Positions 37,489 through 49,934 of a stretch of DNA of 64,000 nucleotides are shown one piece after another. Below the pieces are notes generated by a model. It worked only from the letters and a program-made list of their open reading frames with translations, ran no database searches and had not been told where the DNA came from. The DNA comes from Octopus bimaculoides (lineage: Eukaryota), in the NCBI RefSeq assembly GCF_001194135.2, contig NC_068984.1:126270426-126334425 (forward strand), in the 5' to 3' direction. A program made the translations under genes and the position numbers. Each line of letters begins with the position of its first letter. Positions within the stretch are counted from its first letter, which is position 1.

Positions 37489-38030
37489 GAGTTGTATCAA
37501 ACGTTTAACCAATTCTTTAGAATTCGAACGAACATTTTCCTATCGACTATATTTCATGGTTTAGAACATACACACTCACTTGCTGACCAACTGGACTGTC
37601 ACATCTCAGTCAAAAGACGGGTACTCCTCAAAACATTTTTCTAACGCAACACGAACTTACCGTATTCGGTCAATGTGTTCGACTTCTTGGGCAACGGAGT
37701 CCAAGTAACAGTTACGATATCCCGTCGGAAACATTTTAGTTCATTAATGAACATCATAATTTCATAGTTTTAACTCGTCTTTAGATCCGTGGTTTCGTGC
37801 CTGTTGCAGAAATCATCGGAAAGTTGAGGTTAATTCTCGGTCTGGGTTCGATTCTCTGTGTGTGTGTGTCATGAAGTTGCTCTCAATCCATTTTTGTTCC
37901 ATTTAAAATTCTCTTTCTAAATAATTACTAATATTATTAGAGTTTACAAATTTCAAAGTTGTTCAAGCGGTGTTGAGGGAAAATCCTCCCTTGTTGATAT
38001 TTCAACTGTTTTCTAATTTGCAAAAACTTT

Positions 38031-38595
38031 GGCACTATCATGCTATTAGCTGTCAGAAGTGAAAGTGCTCACTGCTAGTGAAGTATCTGTCTGTCTGCCT
38101 GCCTGTTGCTGGCCTGTCGATTCTTTGGCTTCTGACAGCTAATACCATGACTGGCCGGAGCGAGCTATATGTCTGTCTGTCTGTCTCTCTCTCTATCTAT
38201 CTATCTATTACTCGAAAGTTCGCGCGTCCGCGCTAGCTAGTCGTGAGTAGAAAACACAAATTTAATATAAAAACATATTTCCTGAAATTGCAAATTATTT
38301 AAAATATAAAAATATAATTTTCAACAGAGAGAATTTATCAAAATAGAAAACAAATGAAGTTTGAAGTTTAAAAATAATAGGATCGACCACTCACGACTAG
38401 CTAGCGCGGACGCGCGAACTTTCGAGTAATAGATAGATAGATAGAGAGACAGACAGACAGACAGACATATAGCTCGCTCCGGCCAGTCATGGTATTAGCT
38501 GTCAGTAGCCAAAGAATCGACAGGCAGGCAGGCAGACAGATACTTCACTAGCAGTGAGCACTTTCACTTCTGACAGCTAATAGCATGATAGTGCC
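38031..38595. mobile_element. Non-autonomous long-TIR DNA transposon (Merlin-like)
   Basis: Arms 38031-38248 and 38389-38595 are near-perfect inverted repeats starting GGCAC, around a 140-bp AT-rich spacer. Exact 8-bp TSD AAAACTTT. Confidence 0.85.
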
Positions 38596-40364
38596 AAAAC
38601 TTTAAATAAATAGATCGCCCCTAACACTAGTAAATGATTTTCGTTTATAAAAAAAATGCGCAAGTTAAAACAGCAATAATAATTTCTTTTATAATAATAA
38701 CGAGAATACTAGTCAAAGTCTAAATACTTTTCAGTTACTCTGTTGTTCTTTTTTTTAATTTTTTATCTAATCATTAATTTGTCTGTCAGCAATAAGTATG
38801 CTAGTCTGCACTTTAATTTTCATAGAGCAAGGCGTCCCGAGGTACCCAGTCTCTCTCTCTCTCCCCTTATATCTGTTTCTTTTTTTTTTTTTTTATCTGG
38901 CAATCCATCTCTCTTCTCTCACTTCATATTTGTTTCTTTGCCCATAAACCATTCCTCCAGTTCTCTATGGTAATTTGAGATTTGTTAGCTATAAAAAAAA
39001 AAAGTCAGTCCAGCTCTTTAAAGGCATGACATTAGTGATTATGTTGTGTCTTGTTTCTTAGTATTGACTTATTTTCTTTGTTGACGCCTTCTGCTAAATT
39101 CCCTTCAAATAAACGAATAAAATGACTCTGTTGTTAAGAAGTTTGGTTAGCAAGATTATACTTTAGGCCTGATCCCGTTGCGTGGCACATTGGTCAAGTG
39201 TCTTTTGCTGTCACCTTGTAAATTGAATTTAGTGGTGCGGGGATGGGGGTAAAGTGAATAATTTCTGATTTCTCCTTATTTTCTCTTTGCCCGTTTCAAA
39301 TCATGACATTATAAGTATTGCATCATCATTTTGTATTGCTACATTATATTCAAAAGTAAAAATTGGTCAGCATAATTGTCGTTGTTGAAGTCCAGAGAGT
39401 TTGGGATATATTCAGCTGACGGGTACTTTTTCTTTTTCAAAGAATTTTTCCTCATCTTTGAACCGATTATAATTGAAGTTGCTAAGTAAATATCTGGATA
39501 ATTTTTGGTATTTAACAATCAATATTCTTTTCTCTGTTGGATTCCAAGTCAATTCCTCCTCCCCCTCACTAATGTTTAATTTGATAATTTTCNNNNNNNN
39601 NNCAAGTCAATTCCTCCTCCCCCTCACTAATGTTTAATTTGATAATTTTCACACACAAAAAAAATGTCTAAAATAGGGTAAAATGAGTAATAACTAATTT
39701 CAATAATTTCTTCTCTTTAACTGCAAGGTGCATAAATATATCGTGAAGGGAGCCACTCTAGCAGATTATGAAGACGCTCTAGAGAATATTTTATGTTACG
39801 TTTTTGATTTAGTCGAATTTCGTTAGTTTCATATCATGTGCCATTCTCCATGATCCTTTGACTTAGATATTTAAAATTCTTGTTGCATTTCCGATTCTGA
39901 TGTCTAAGGACGGATATTGATGTGTATGAAACTGTTTCCAAATGCAATTCTGGAGTATTGAAGATATAAATTTACCTTACCTTGGACTACTCATTTTGCC
40001 CCAGGTAAATTTGTCTTGTATATGCTCGAAGAGAACGGTGATAATTTTCTGAAACAGTGTCCTGAATATGTTATGGTGTTTTTAATGCATTTAGGGAAGG
40101 TCATTTGCTTAGCTGATATAGTTTTTGTAAGGCAGTGAACATTTGTAAAAAAAATTTTTTTTTCTCAGTCTAAAATGCAGTAAAAACTCCTCATTGTGCC
40201 CCGGCCCCAATCAGAAACTATGCAGAAGCCTGTGTGTCATCTGTCCGTCCGTTCCCATGTTTCTAGACAGTACTGTTTATCTACGAGATACTTCTATTTC
40301 GTTACTGCCCACAAACAAGGACAAACGGATTAAGGCGATTATATCGACCCCAGTGCGTAACTGG

Positions 40365-40982
40365 GGATCTTTTTTAAAACGGGGGCCACATTTTTCATTA
40401 ACGAAACACTTTGAAACTTGGAACACTGGTAGAATGTGTCATATAAAACATCTTTTTCTCTTAGTCTTCTTTAAAAAAAAAGAAATCCATAAATTATTCC
40501 ATGTTAAAGTTGTCGTATTTCTGTAATTTCAACCAATCACTGACGTCCATTCAGCCGATATACATTAAGTGCCGACTACATAAACAAACGATTCTGAAAC
40601 AATTAACCCTAACCCTAACTCTAACCCTAACCCTAAGGTTAGGGTTAAAGCNNNNNNNNNNNNNNNNNNNNNNNNNNNNNNNNNNNNNNNNNNNNNNNNN
40701 NNNNNNNNNNNNNNNNNNNNNNNNNNNNNNNNNNNNNNNNNNNNNNNNNNNNNNNNNNNNNNNNNNNNNNNNNNNNNNNNNNNNNNNNNNNNNGGACGTC
40801 AGTGATTGGTTGAAATTATCGAAATAAGACAATTTTTTACATGAAATAAATTCGAATCCAAAAATATTTTTCTGTTCTATAACACAAAATAGATAAGTAT
40901 ACGAAGTTTGAAAGTCTTTCGGTACCAAAAACACTACGTAAAACATTAATGAAAAATGTGGCCCCCGTTTTAAAAAAGATCC
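40365..40982. mobile_element. Non-autonomous TIR element (Merlin-like) nested in a family B SINE
   Basis: Perfect 37-bp TIRs (GGATCTTTTTTAAAACGGGGGCCACATTTTTCATTAA); exact 8-bp TSD GTAACTGG. The flanks rejoin into a family B SINE. Confidence 0.88.
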
Positions 40983-41879
40983 GTAACTGGTACTTATTTA
41001 ATCGATCCCGAAAGGATGAAAGGCAAAGTCGACCTCGGCGGAATTTGAACTCAGAACGTAGCGACAGACAAAATACCGCTAAGCATTTCGCCTGGCGCGC
41101 TAACGTTTCTGCCAGCTCGCCGCCATCGAGATACTTAATTGACAACTTTCGTCGTCGTTTCTTTTTTTGTTCACTTTTCAGTTCATGCATGGGTTTGATG
41201 GAATTCATTGAAACAAACTTTCAACGGTTAATTGCCCTTCCTGTTACCAACCTTCACCTGTTTCCAAGCTAAGTAATATTTCCGCATGGCCAGACATATT
41301 TTTCACGGAAGATTAACATTAAATGACATAGTTTGCATGAAACTGACGCTCGTTCACAAACATCGCGTAATGTCAAGACATGGGACCATTCTCTTTCTCT
41401 TACTCGCGCGCACATTTATATACACACATACATGTATGTGTAGTAAGAAGTTGCTGTCCAGTCACATAGTTTTGAGTTCAGTTCCACTGCATGGCACTTC
41501 AGGAAAGTGTCTTCTATTATAGCCTTAGGCTGATCAAAACTTTGTGAGTAGACGTGGTAGACGGAAACTGAAAGAAACCTGTTGCTCGCGCGCGTGTTTC
41601 TGTCTCCTTGCCTTTACATCACATGATGTCTGGTAATGGGGAAATATTATCTATCCTACAAACAGGTGAGTGTTGACTACAGAAAGGGCATCCTGCCGTA
41701 GAAAATCCACCTCGACAAAATTTCGTTTGACCCATGCGGACATGGAAAAGTGGACCTTAAATCGATGAAAATAAATATAGTTAACGCACGAAACTCTCGG
41801 ACGTTGAGTCACTCTGTTACTTCTGCTAGATATTAATAAAAACATACATATACTCATATTTCGACTTATTTTAGAACAT

Positions 41880-42406
41880 GGTTGAGTCCATAAAATAGGA
41901 TTTGACTACACCTCCTTTTAGAGCATAGTTTAAGCTATCATTTCTTGGAAGAAAGTTTATGTTCCTATAACCTGTGTTAATTCTGTAACCCTTTAAAATG
42001 GAAGATAAGAAAGTTCATTTTCGGCACTTGGTTCTTTTCTTTTTCCGTAAAGGGAAACATGTCTCACAAGCAACCAAAGAAATATGCGCAGTTTACGGTT
42101 ATGTTTCTTTATCCGAAAGAACTGTACGGAAGTGGTTCGCAAGCTTCCGAGCTGGAGATTGTAGCCTTATTGATAAAGAGCGATCAGGCAGACCATCCAC
42201 TACAGATGATGACCAAATCAAGTCATTGAGAATAACCCACATTACACAACCCGAGAATTGGCAGAAAGCCTCAACCTATCAAAATCCGTCTTTCATGAGG
42301 ACCTGGTAAAGCTTGAGTACACAAATCGCTACGATGTTTGGGTACCACATGAGTTGAGTGAGAAGAACCTTTTGGAAAATCGGCACGAACTTTTCGGACA
42401 ACCCAT
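41880..42406 (+). mobile_element. mariner element remnant (N-terminal HTH, frameshifted, deleted up to the 3' TIR)
   Basis: MEDKKVHFRHLVLFFF...ERTVRKWFASFR...ERSGRPS, then VWVPHELS. TIR AAATCGGCACGAACTTTTCGGACAACCCAT followed by TA. Confidence 0.85.
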
Positions 42407-43881
42407 TAGTTGGGAAACTAGTTTCTTAATTGAACAGCCATGTCAAGGGAAGCAACTCTGAAATCCAAATTGATTAAAGATTGAATGTGGTCGTGCTGTA
42501 GAGTGTGTCTGGTAAACATGGTGACAAACTCTAGGCACATTTCTATGTCATTAGAACTCTTTGGAACGTGTAGTCCTACATATACATAGCAAGCATTAGA
42601 TTGATTGAGAAATTATAGAGATTTTGAATGAGAAGATATTTATTGATTAAGCAGTTAGGTAATTTAATATCTGCCTCAATGAATTCCTCTGGCCCATGCA
42701 AGCATGGAAAAGTGGATGTTAAAATGATGATGATGGTTATTTATTAAAGAAGAAACAAGCAAAAATGTAGCTTAACTTGAGAGTTATTCCAAAATTCCGT
42801 TAAGAGAAGGAATATGTGTCTCTGTGCGTGCACGTTTACATATACCAGTGTAAATTGCTGTAAATACCTTTTAATGTTTCCGTCTGTAAAAGGGAAGTAA
42901 ACTTCTGTTGGTTCTACTTGGGGAAGGTTCCGTCTCTACCATACATTCTCCTCGCTCAGTAATCTTTCATGACATTTCCTTGTTCATTATGAGGACAAGT
43001 GTGCTACTATCTTTCCATATACATTTCTTTTCAATGATAGTTTTGCACTCAGGGATATCTGATGTCATTGATCAAACACACACACACACACGTTTGCACA
43101 CACACACACACACGTATACGCACATACGCACGGACATATACACACGCACACATGCTGATAACATCCTTGGGGAATGAATGCATGAAGCAATGTTGAATGA
43201 AATGTTTTGCTCAGAAACGCAACAAAACTTCTGCCGTAGATTATTACCCACAATCAATGAACTGACACTGTTATATCTTGCTGACCCTGCCAATATAGAG
43301 TTATATGTACCAATCGATATAAACACGAGATCTATCCTCTTGCGGTGTTGCAGGGTATATCGTAGGACATAACTTATAGATGAAGCTATTTTCCTTCACA
43401 TTTATCTGACTTTCAGCCATTTATTGGTCATTCTTGTTCAATATATATATATTTTTTTAATCGACCTTTTTAATCTTTAATGATTGTTAATTGGTGCTTC
43501 TCCCCATTTTCTGCTTATCAACTCCCTAACATTATTTCAGACTGAAAAAATAAGACAGCTACAGGTTAGTTTTGCATAGTTACCTCCCTTTAATTAAAAA
43601 AAAAAAATAATAATTGTAACTATCCTGAAATGACTTGGTACATAAAATTTTCTCCTGATTGTCAACGTATATAACAATGTCTCAGACCGAAAATAGACCC
43701 AACTCAAGAGAACCATGTTCGGCAAATTGGTATCTTGAAAGTCAGCGTTGGCGTTTATTTTGTCTTGCCATCTGAAGTCCCATATCGTTGTTCTTTAACT
43801 CTGAGTGGTTAATTTTCCAGTCACCTTCTTCGACAATCAAAGACATAATGTCATCTAACCAAAAATTAAATTTACAGTAAC

Positions 43882-44050
43882 AGGCGCAGGCGCGACTGTG
43901 TGATAAGAAGTTTGCTTTCCAACCTCATGGTTCCAGGACAGTTCCACTGCGTGGTACCTTGGACAAGTGTCTTCTACTATAGATCCGAGCTGACCAAAGC
44001 ATTGTGAATGGATTTGGTAGTTGGAAACTGAAAGAAGCCTGTCGTATATA
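43882..44050 (+). mobile_element. SINE family A, 5' part
   Basis: Family A head and core. Confidence 0.75.
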
Positions 44051-44702
44051 TATATACTTATTAAATTTTAAGTCCGTTATTTATTCAATCGGTCTCTTTA
44101 TATATATATATATATATATATGTATAAATNNNNNNNNNNNNNNNNNNNNNNNNNNNNNNNNNNNNNNNNNNNNNNNNNNNNNNNNNNNNNNNNNNNNNNN
44201 NNNNNNNNNNNNNNNNNNNNNNNNNNNNNNNNNNNNNNNNNNNNNNNNNNNNNNNNNNNNNNNNNNNNNNNNNNNNNNNNNNNNNNNNNNNNNNNNNNNN
44301 NNNNNNNNNNNNNNNNNNNNNNNNNNNNNNNNNNNNNNNNNNNNNNNNNNNNNNNNNNNNNNNNNNNNNNNNNNNNNNNNNNNNNNNNNNNNNNNNNNNN
44401 NNNNNNNNNNNNNNNNNNNNNNNNNNNNNNNNNNNNNNNNNNNNNNNNNNNNNNNNNNNNNNNNNNNNNNNNNNNNNNNNNNNNNNNNNNNNNNNNNNNN
44501 NNNNNNNNNNNNNNNNNNNNNNNNNNNNNNNNNNNNNNNNNNNNNNNNNNNNNNNNNNNNNNNNNNNNNNNNNNNNNNNNNNNNNNNNNNNNNNNATAAC
44601 GAGCTTAAAATTTAATAAGTACTGGGATCGATTCGTTCGACTAAAATTCTTCAAGGTAATGCCCCAGCATGGCCACTATCTGCTGACTAAAAACAAAGTA
44701 AA

Positions 44703-45020
44703 CAATGGCCCAGTGGTTAGGGCAGCGGACTCGCGGCCTGAGGGTCGTGGTTTCGATTCCCAGACCGGACGTTATGTGTGTTTATTGAGCGAAAACACCT
44801 AAAACAAAAGCTCCACGAGGCTCCGGCAGGGTTGGTGGCGACCCCTGTTGTACTCTTTCGCCCCAACTTTCTCTTACTCTTTCTTCCTGTTTCTTGAGTA
44901 ATGCTGCGATGGACTGGCATCCCGTCCAGCTGGGGAGGAACACATACGGCATAGAAACCGGGAAACCGGGCCCATGAGCCTGGCTAGGCTTTAAAAGGGC
45001 GCATAAATAATAAATAAAAA
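44703..45020 (+). mobile_element. SINE with a family C head and a different 3' module
   Basis: Matches family C to about 44890, then TGCGATGGACTGGCATCCCGTCCAG...AGAAACCGGG and an A-rich tail. Confidence 0.75.
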
Positions 45021-45439
45021 GAAAGTTCACTATCAAAATAAGCTATGTAATTGGTAATTTAAGGGGCATAACTGGGTATATTATATTTTGACGTTTATCT
45101 CCCTTGCCTTTGTGTCGCGCTTGTCTACCGAAGTTTTTCACTTTATTCTATGTGCGATATTTTTACCATATTATCAATTTAGCAAATTCACCAGCATATA
45201 TTGGATTCTTGATGAATATTCCCCTAAAAAATCTACAAGAAATAAAAATATTAAATTTTACCGCTGAAGCTGATTTCATTTAACCTTGGATAAGGGTTTA
45301 AACTAATGACTTTCTTTCACCAAGGGACATGTCATTATTTCTTATAGGTTATTATAGAACAGTAAGACGTGTTATTAGTTAATATAAGTAATGAGCAGGT
45401 AGAATCATTAGAGCGTCGAAAAAAATTTTTTATGGTAAG

Positions 45440-46400
45440 ACAAATTTGATAGGAGGCTTCTCAATTCTAGGTTTGTTCCCACGTCTGAAATTTCTTTTCT
45501 AATTCTTCTATAGATTTAACTTTAAGAACCAGATTATTAGTATATATGAGTTCCCAGGGACAGTTTATCTTGATTTTATTTTTGAAGGCCTGGAGGATGA
45601 TAATGATGAATAAGAGAGGGCTGAGGGCTGAACCTTGATGGACTCCCACATTCATGCTTATTATTATTGCACTTATTATTGACTCTCACTTTATGAGTCA
45701 CGAAAATTTTTGAACATGCACAGGAAGGACGTAGCCACCCAACAACCATGAGAATTTTGCTCATACATTAGTATTTTGTGCAAAAAAAAAATCAAGGTTT
45801 GATACTTTTTGACTACATCAGATACTGAGCACGGCACCCTGTCAAATGCTAGGTACAGTGGCTTACTCTGAGCTAAGTTATTCCCTGCAGTTACCTCACT
45901 AGGGAAATAACACCTCTACTACTTTATTCTCAGCATAAAGCTGAACTGCATTTCATCTAGTTTAATTCTGCTTCTGATCGATTATGTTATGACTCTTTCC
46001 AATATCTTCATTGCTAGGCCCAATAATGTGATTTCTGTGAATTTCCTCTTTCTGATGCATCTCTTTTACCTTTATAGCAGTTTACAATGATATTGCTATA
46101 CCAGCTATTTGCCATTACACCTTCCTGTATTATCTTCATAACTATTTTGGTGACAAGCATGTGTCCTACTTTTCCACATATTTTGAGTACCCTGCAATTA
46201 TTCTATATGGGCCAGCTGATTTTCCTACCATCATATCCCTCATTGCTTTATTTACTATACTGCTGTCAACTTGTATTGCTGCCCACTCTGTTGGTCAACA
46301 TGAGGTTGATCCCCTTTACTCCATGCATTGTCTTCACTGAATTCCTTTCACTGTAGCACTTCCATGCTTCTTGGGAGAATTTACAAAAAAAACAACAACA
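45440..46400 (-). mobile_element. RTE-clade LINE reverse transcriptase remnant
   Basis: GKSAGP..., YKGKRDASERGN, MKILERV...LDEMQF, KPLYLAF and NVGVHQGSALSPLLF, with stops and frameshifts. Confidence 0.85.
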
Positions 46401-46570
46401 GACGAGGACAGGTGGTGTAAACAACAAAAAGATGTATTAGTTTAACGCTCGGGAATACAGAAAGTCTTTAACGTTTCGAGCTACGCTCTTCAACAAAAAG
46501 AATACGGAGAAAACAAGGAGAAAAACACGGAGAAAAAAAATTGAATGTTTTGGTCAGCGATCTATCATGG
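46380..46570 (-). mobile_element. Second Penelope-like terminal repeat with a hammerhead-like motif
   Basis: Homologous to 49625-49934. Minus strand CTTT-TTGTTGA-A-GAGC(gta)GCTC-GAAACGT-T-AAAG. Confidence 0.5.
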
Positions 46571-48177
46571 CGACTTCTTTCTTGATACCAGTATATAGAG
46601 CAAGTATGCTCTATCCTTCTGGATACACTTCTTACTAATGACATCATTGTTTTCCCTGACATACTGTTTTGTAATCTAGAATACCTGGTGTCTCTGTTTT
46701 TCATGTGGCAGAACATCTCTAAGTGTACCTGACACCTAACTTCCGTTCTACTTACTGGTTAATACTTTTTGTTTCCACCTTCCTTCCCAAATTTTCAAAA
46801 TCTGTCTCTTAGCTTTCATATACGTGTGTGTGTCTGTGTGAATGTTTACAAAAACTATGCCGAACTATAGATGGTGATATTATCTTTTCCAGTTAGCCTG
46901 CAACTGGTGATGTTAGTTGATATTTCCTGTCAACAAATCATTTGCTAGCTCTGTGCTCTTGGATTCTTCTTGAATTAAAAAAATCCCTTACTTGAAAAAC
47001 AGGTAAGAATTGACAACAGGAAGTGCATCTAGCTGTAAAAATCTTACCTAACCTATGCAAGCATGAAATAACAGATATCAAGCAAGACAAATGATACACA
47101 TCATCATTAAAAGTGTGTCACATCATCATCATCATTTAACATCCATCTTCCATGCTGGCATGGGTTGGATGGTTTGACAGGAGCAGGCAAACCAGAGGAC
47201 TGCACCAAGCTCCATTGTCTGTTTTGACATGGTTTTACAGTTGGATGCTCTTCCTAACAACAACCACATTACAGAGTTGACTGGGTGCTTTTTATGTGGC
47301 ACCAGTATGAGTGAGGTATGTTTTGGCATGGTTTTCATGACTGGATACTCTTCCTAATGCCAATCACTTTTCAGAGTGGACTGGGTGCTAATGAAATAGA
47401 GCCATTCCCTACAAGACATTTTAGAGGAAATAGTCCTCAGATAGGAGAGTTGGCCTGAAATGCCTGCATCAGAAGGGACTTCATTAAAGACACCCAAGGG
47501 TCAAGTGGTGTTGTTAAACCAGCTTCCAATGCTGGTCACAGCTGAACCATTAGATCATAGGCCTACTGAATCCCACTCTGCAACACCTTGAGCAAGTGTT
47601 TTTTTCCCTATATCCCTGGGCTGACCAAAGCCTTGTGAGTGGATTTGGTAGAAGGAAACTGAATGAAGCCCATCATGCTTGTGTTTGTGTGTACCCTTGT
47701 CTAGTCATTATCTGATGGTTGTAAATGAGCATCATTGTTATACAGGTGAGGTTGTTTATTTCAAATTTTCTGTAAAAAACATGTCTGGCTTCGAGAAAAT
47801 ATTACCTTGCTTGGAAACAGATGTGGGTTGGTGACAGGAAGGGCATCCTGCTATTGAAAATCTGCATCAGCAAATTCTGTCTAACCAATGCAAACATAGA
47901 ATAGTGGAATGTTAAATGATGGTGATGATGATTATATATATCATCATCATCATTTAATGTCCATTGTCCATGCTAGTTTGGGTTGGACAGTGTGACCAGA
48001 GCTGGCAAGTTGGGGAGCTGTACCAGATTCCAGTTTAATTTGGCCTGGTTTCTACAGCTGGATGCCCTTCCTAATTCCAACCAAAACCAAGGAATAAAAT
48101 AGAAGAATAAAGGAGTAAAAGTAGTTAGAAAGATATAGGCAGGAGAATAATTTTCACAACTCCTCTTTTTCCAGAGG

Positions 48178-48228
<51 letters not shown>

Positions 48229-49234
48229 CACACACACATACGTGCATGCACATGTGTGTGTGTATGTGTATGTTCTATATTTTCTGTATAGAGTTCTTTT
48301 CCGAATTGTAGTCTTTTCAGGTGTTTTTCTGAACTATAAATTGTGTGTACATACAGTCATACATGCACACACGTGTGTGTGTGGAAATACTCAACAAAGT
48401 TACATCTATTTCATTGAAAACCTCTCCAATTTCTTGATCATTTCTTGAAATACAAAATATAATGGTATTGTTAAAAAAAACCCCACAAACTGCAGTAACT
48501 GTCATTGACATGGTGCTAACTGGTTCTTTAACAAGCCATTCCAGGTCAAGGACAAGTTACCAATTCCAATACCAGTTCTTCACTGGAAAGTGGTAAACTA
48601 GCAAGAGATTTCTGTCACTTTACATCTGAGATTAAAAAAAAAACAGAAAAAAAAACAAATAAAATGTTTAAATAAAAATACAAATGAAGAAACAAAAAAA
48701 ACTTGTCATCCATTTACTACTTTATAATTTTGACAGCACTATCTTGTTTTTGTTGCTGTTCTAGTTATTGATGTTACCCACAAACAGCATTGCCAGCAGT
48801 AATTTCAGTTGTCATTCCAACAAATGCAGTGTTGTTGTTGTTAGTCTTTTTGTAATGGTTGTTGTTACTTTTCTTTATCACTTGTACAATTTGTCATTGT
48901 TGTGTCTGTCAGTGTTGCTTTTGTCATTGTTGTTGCTGTTGTCATTGTTATTTTCTTTTGTTTTACTTGTTTCGGTCATTTGACTGCGGCCATGCTGGAA
49001 CACTGCCTTGAAGGATTTTAGTCAAACATATCAACCCCAGTACTATTTTTATTTCTTTATTTTTCTATTTATTTTTTGAAGTCTGGTACTTATTTCATTG
49101 GTGTCTATTCCTGAACCACTAAGTTAATGAGACATAAACAAACCAACAGTGGTTATCAAGTGGTAAGAGAACAAACACAGACACAAACACACATACATAT
49201 ATGTCATACACACACACACACACACACATTTTCT

Positions 49235-49620
49235 TTTACTTTAGTCATTTGACTGTGGCCATGCTGGAGCACTGCCTTTAAAGGGTTTTAGTTGAAGAAA
49301 TCGGCCTCAGGGCTTATTCTTTGTAAGCCTAGTACTTATTCTGTTGATCTCTTTTGCCAAACCATTACGGAGACCTAAACACACCAGCATCAGTTGTCAA
49401 GTGATGGTGAGGGGACAAACACAGATGCAAAGACATGCACACGTAAATATGTATACATCTATACATACGACAGGCTTCTTTCAGTTTCCGTCTACCAAAT
49501 CCACTCATAAGGTTTGGGTCAGCCTAAAGCTATAGCAGAAGACACTTGCCCAAAGTGCCATGCAGTGGGACTGAACCTGGAACCATGTGATTTGGAAGCA
49601 AGCTTCTTGCCACACTGCCA
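49235..49620 (-). mobile_element. SINE family A
   Basis: Reverse-complement match to family A. Confidence 0.8.
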
Positions 49621-49624
49621 TATA

Positions 49625-49934
49625 TGTATAGTTGAAATTTACTGAAAAACAAAAAATGAACAACAAGCAGGTGTATTAGTTTGATGCTCGGGAAAGTGAG
49701 AAAGTCTTTTACATTTCGAGCCTACACTCTTCAACGGAAAGGAATAAGAGAAAATAAACAGAGAGAGAATGAAAAAAACTTATATAAAATACAAAATGGG
49801 ACAAGAACTCAAAACATCCAGACAGTTAGGTGATACAAAAAAGGGACAACAAAACATCCAGATAGATGATACAAAGAAAACAAGGATGGGTCTTTCGGAG
49901 TTTTCTTTCCTCAGTCGAGTTCCAGATTATCTTT
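49625..49934 (-). mobile_element. Second Penelope-like terminal repeat with a hammerhead-like motif
   Basis: Minus strand CTTT-CCGTTGA-A-GAGT(gtag)GCTC-GAAATGT-A-AAAG; runs into the N gap. Confidence 0.5.

Noticed and set aside
39545-39650. 48-bp direct repeat
   Set aside because: The two copies flank a 10-N gap, which is typical of an unmerged contig overlap.
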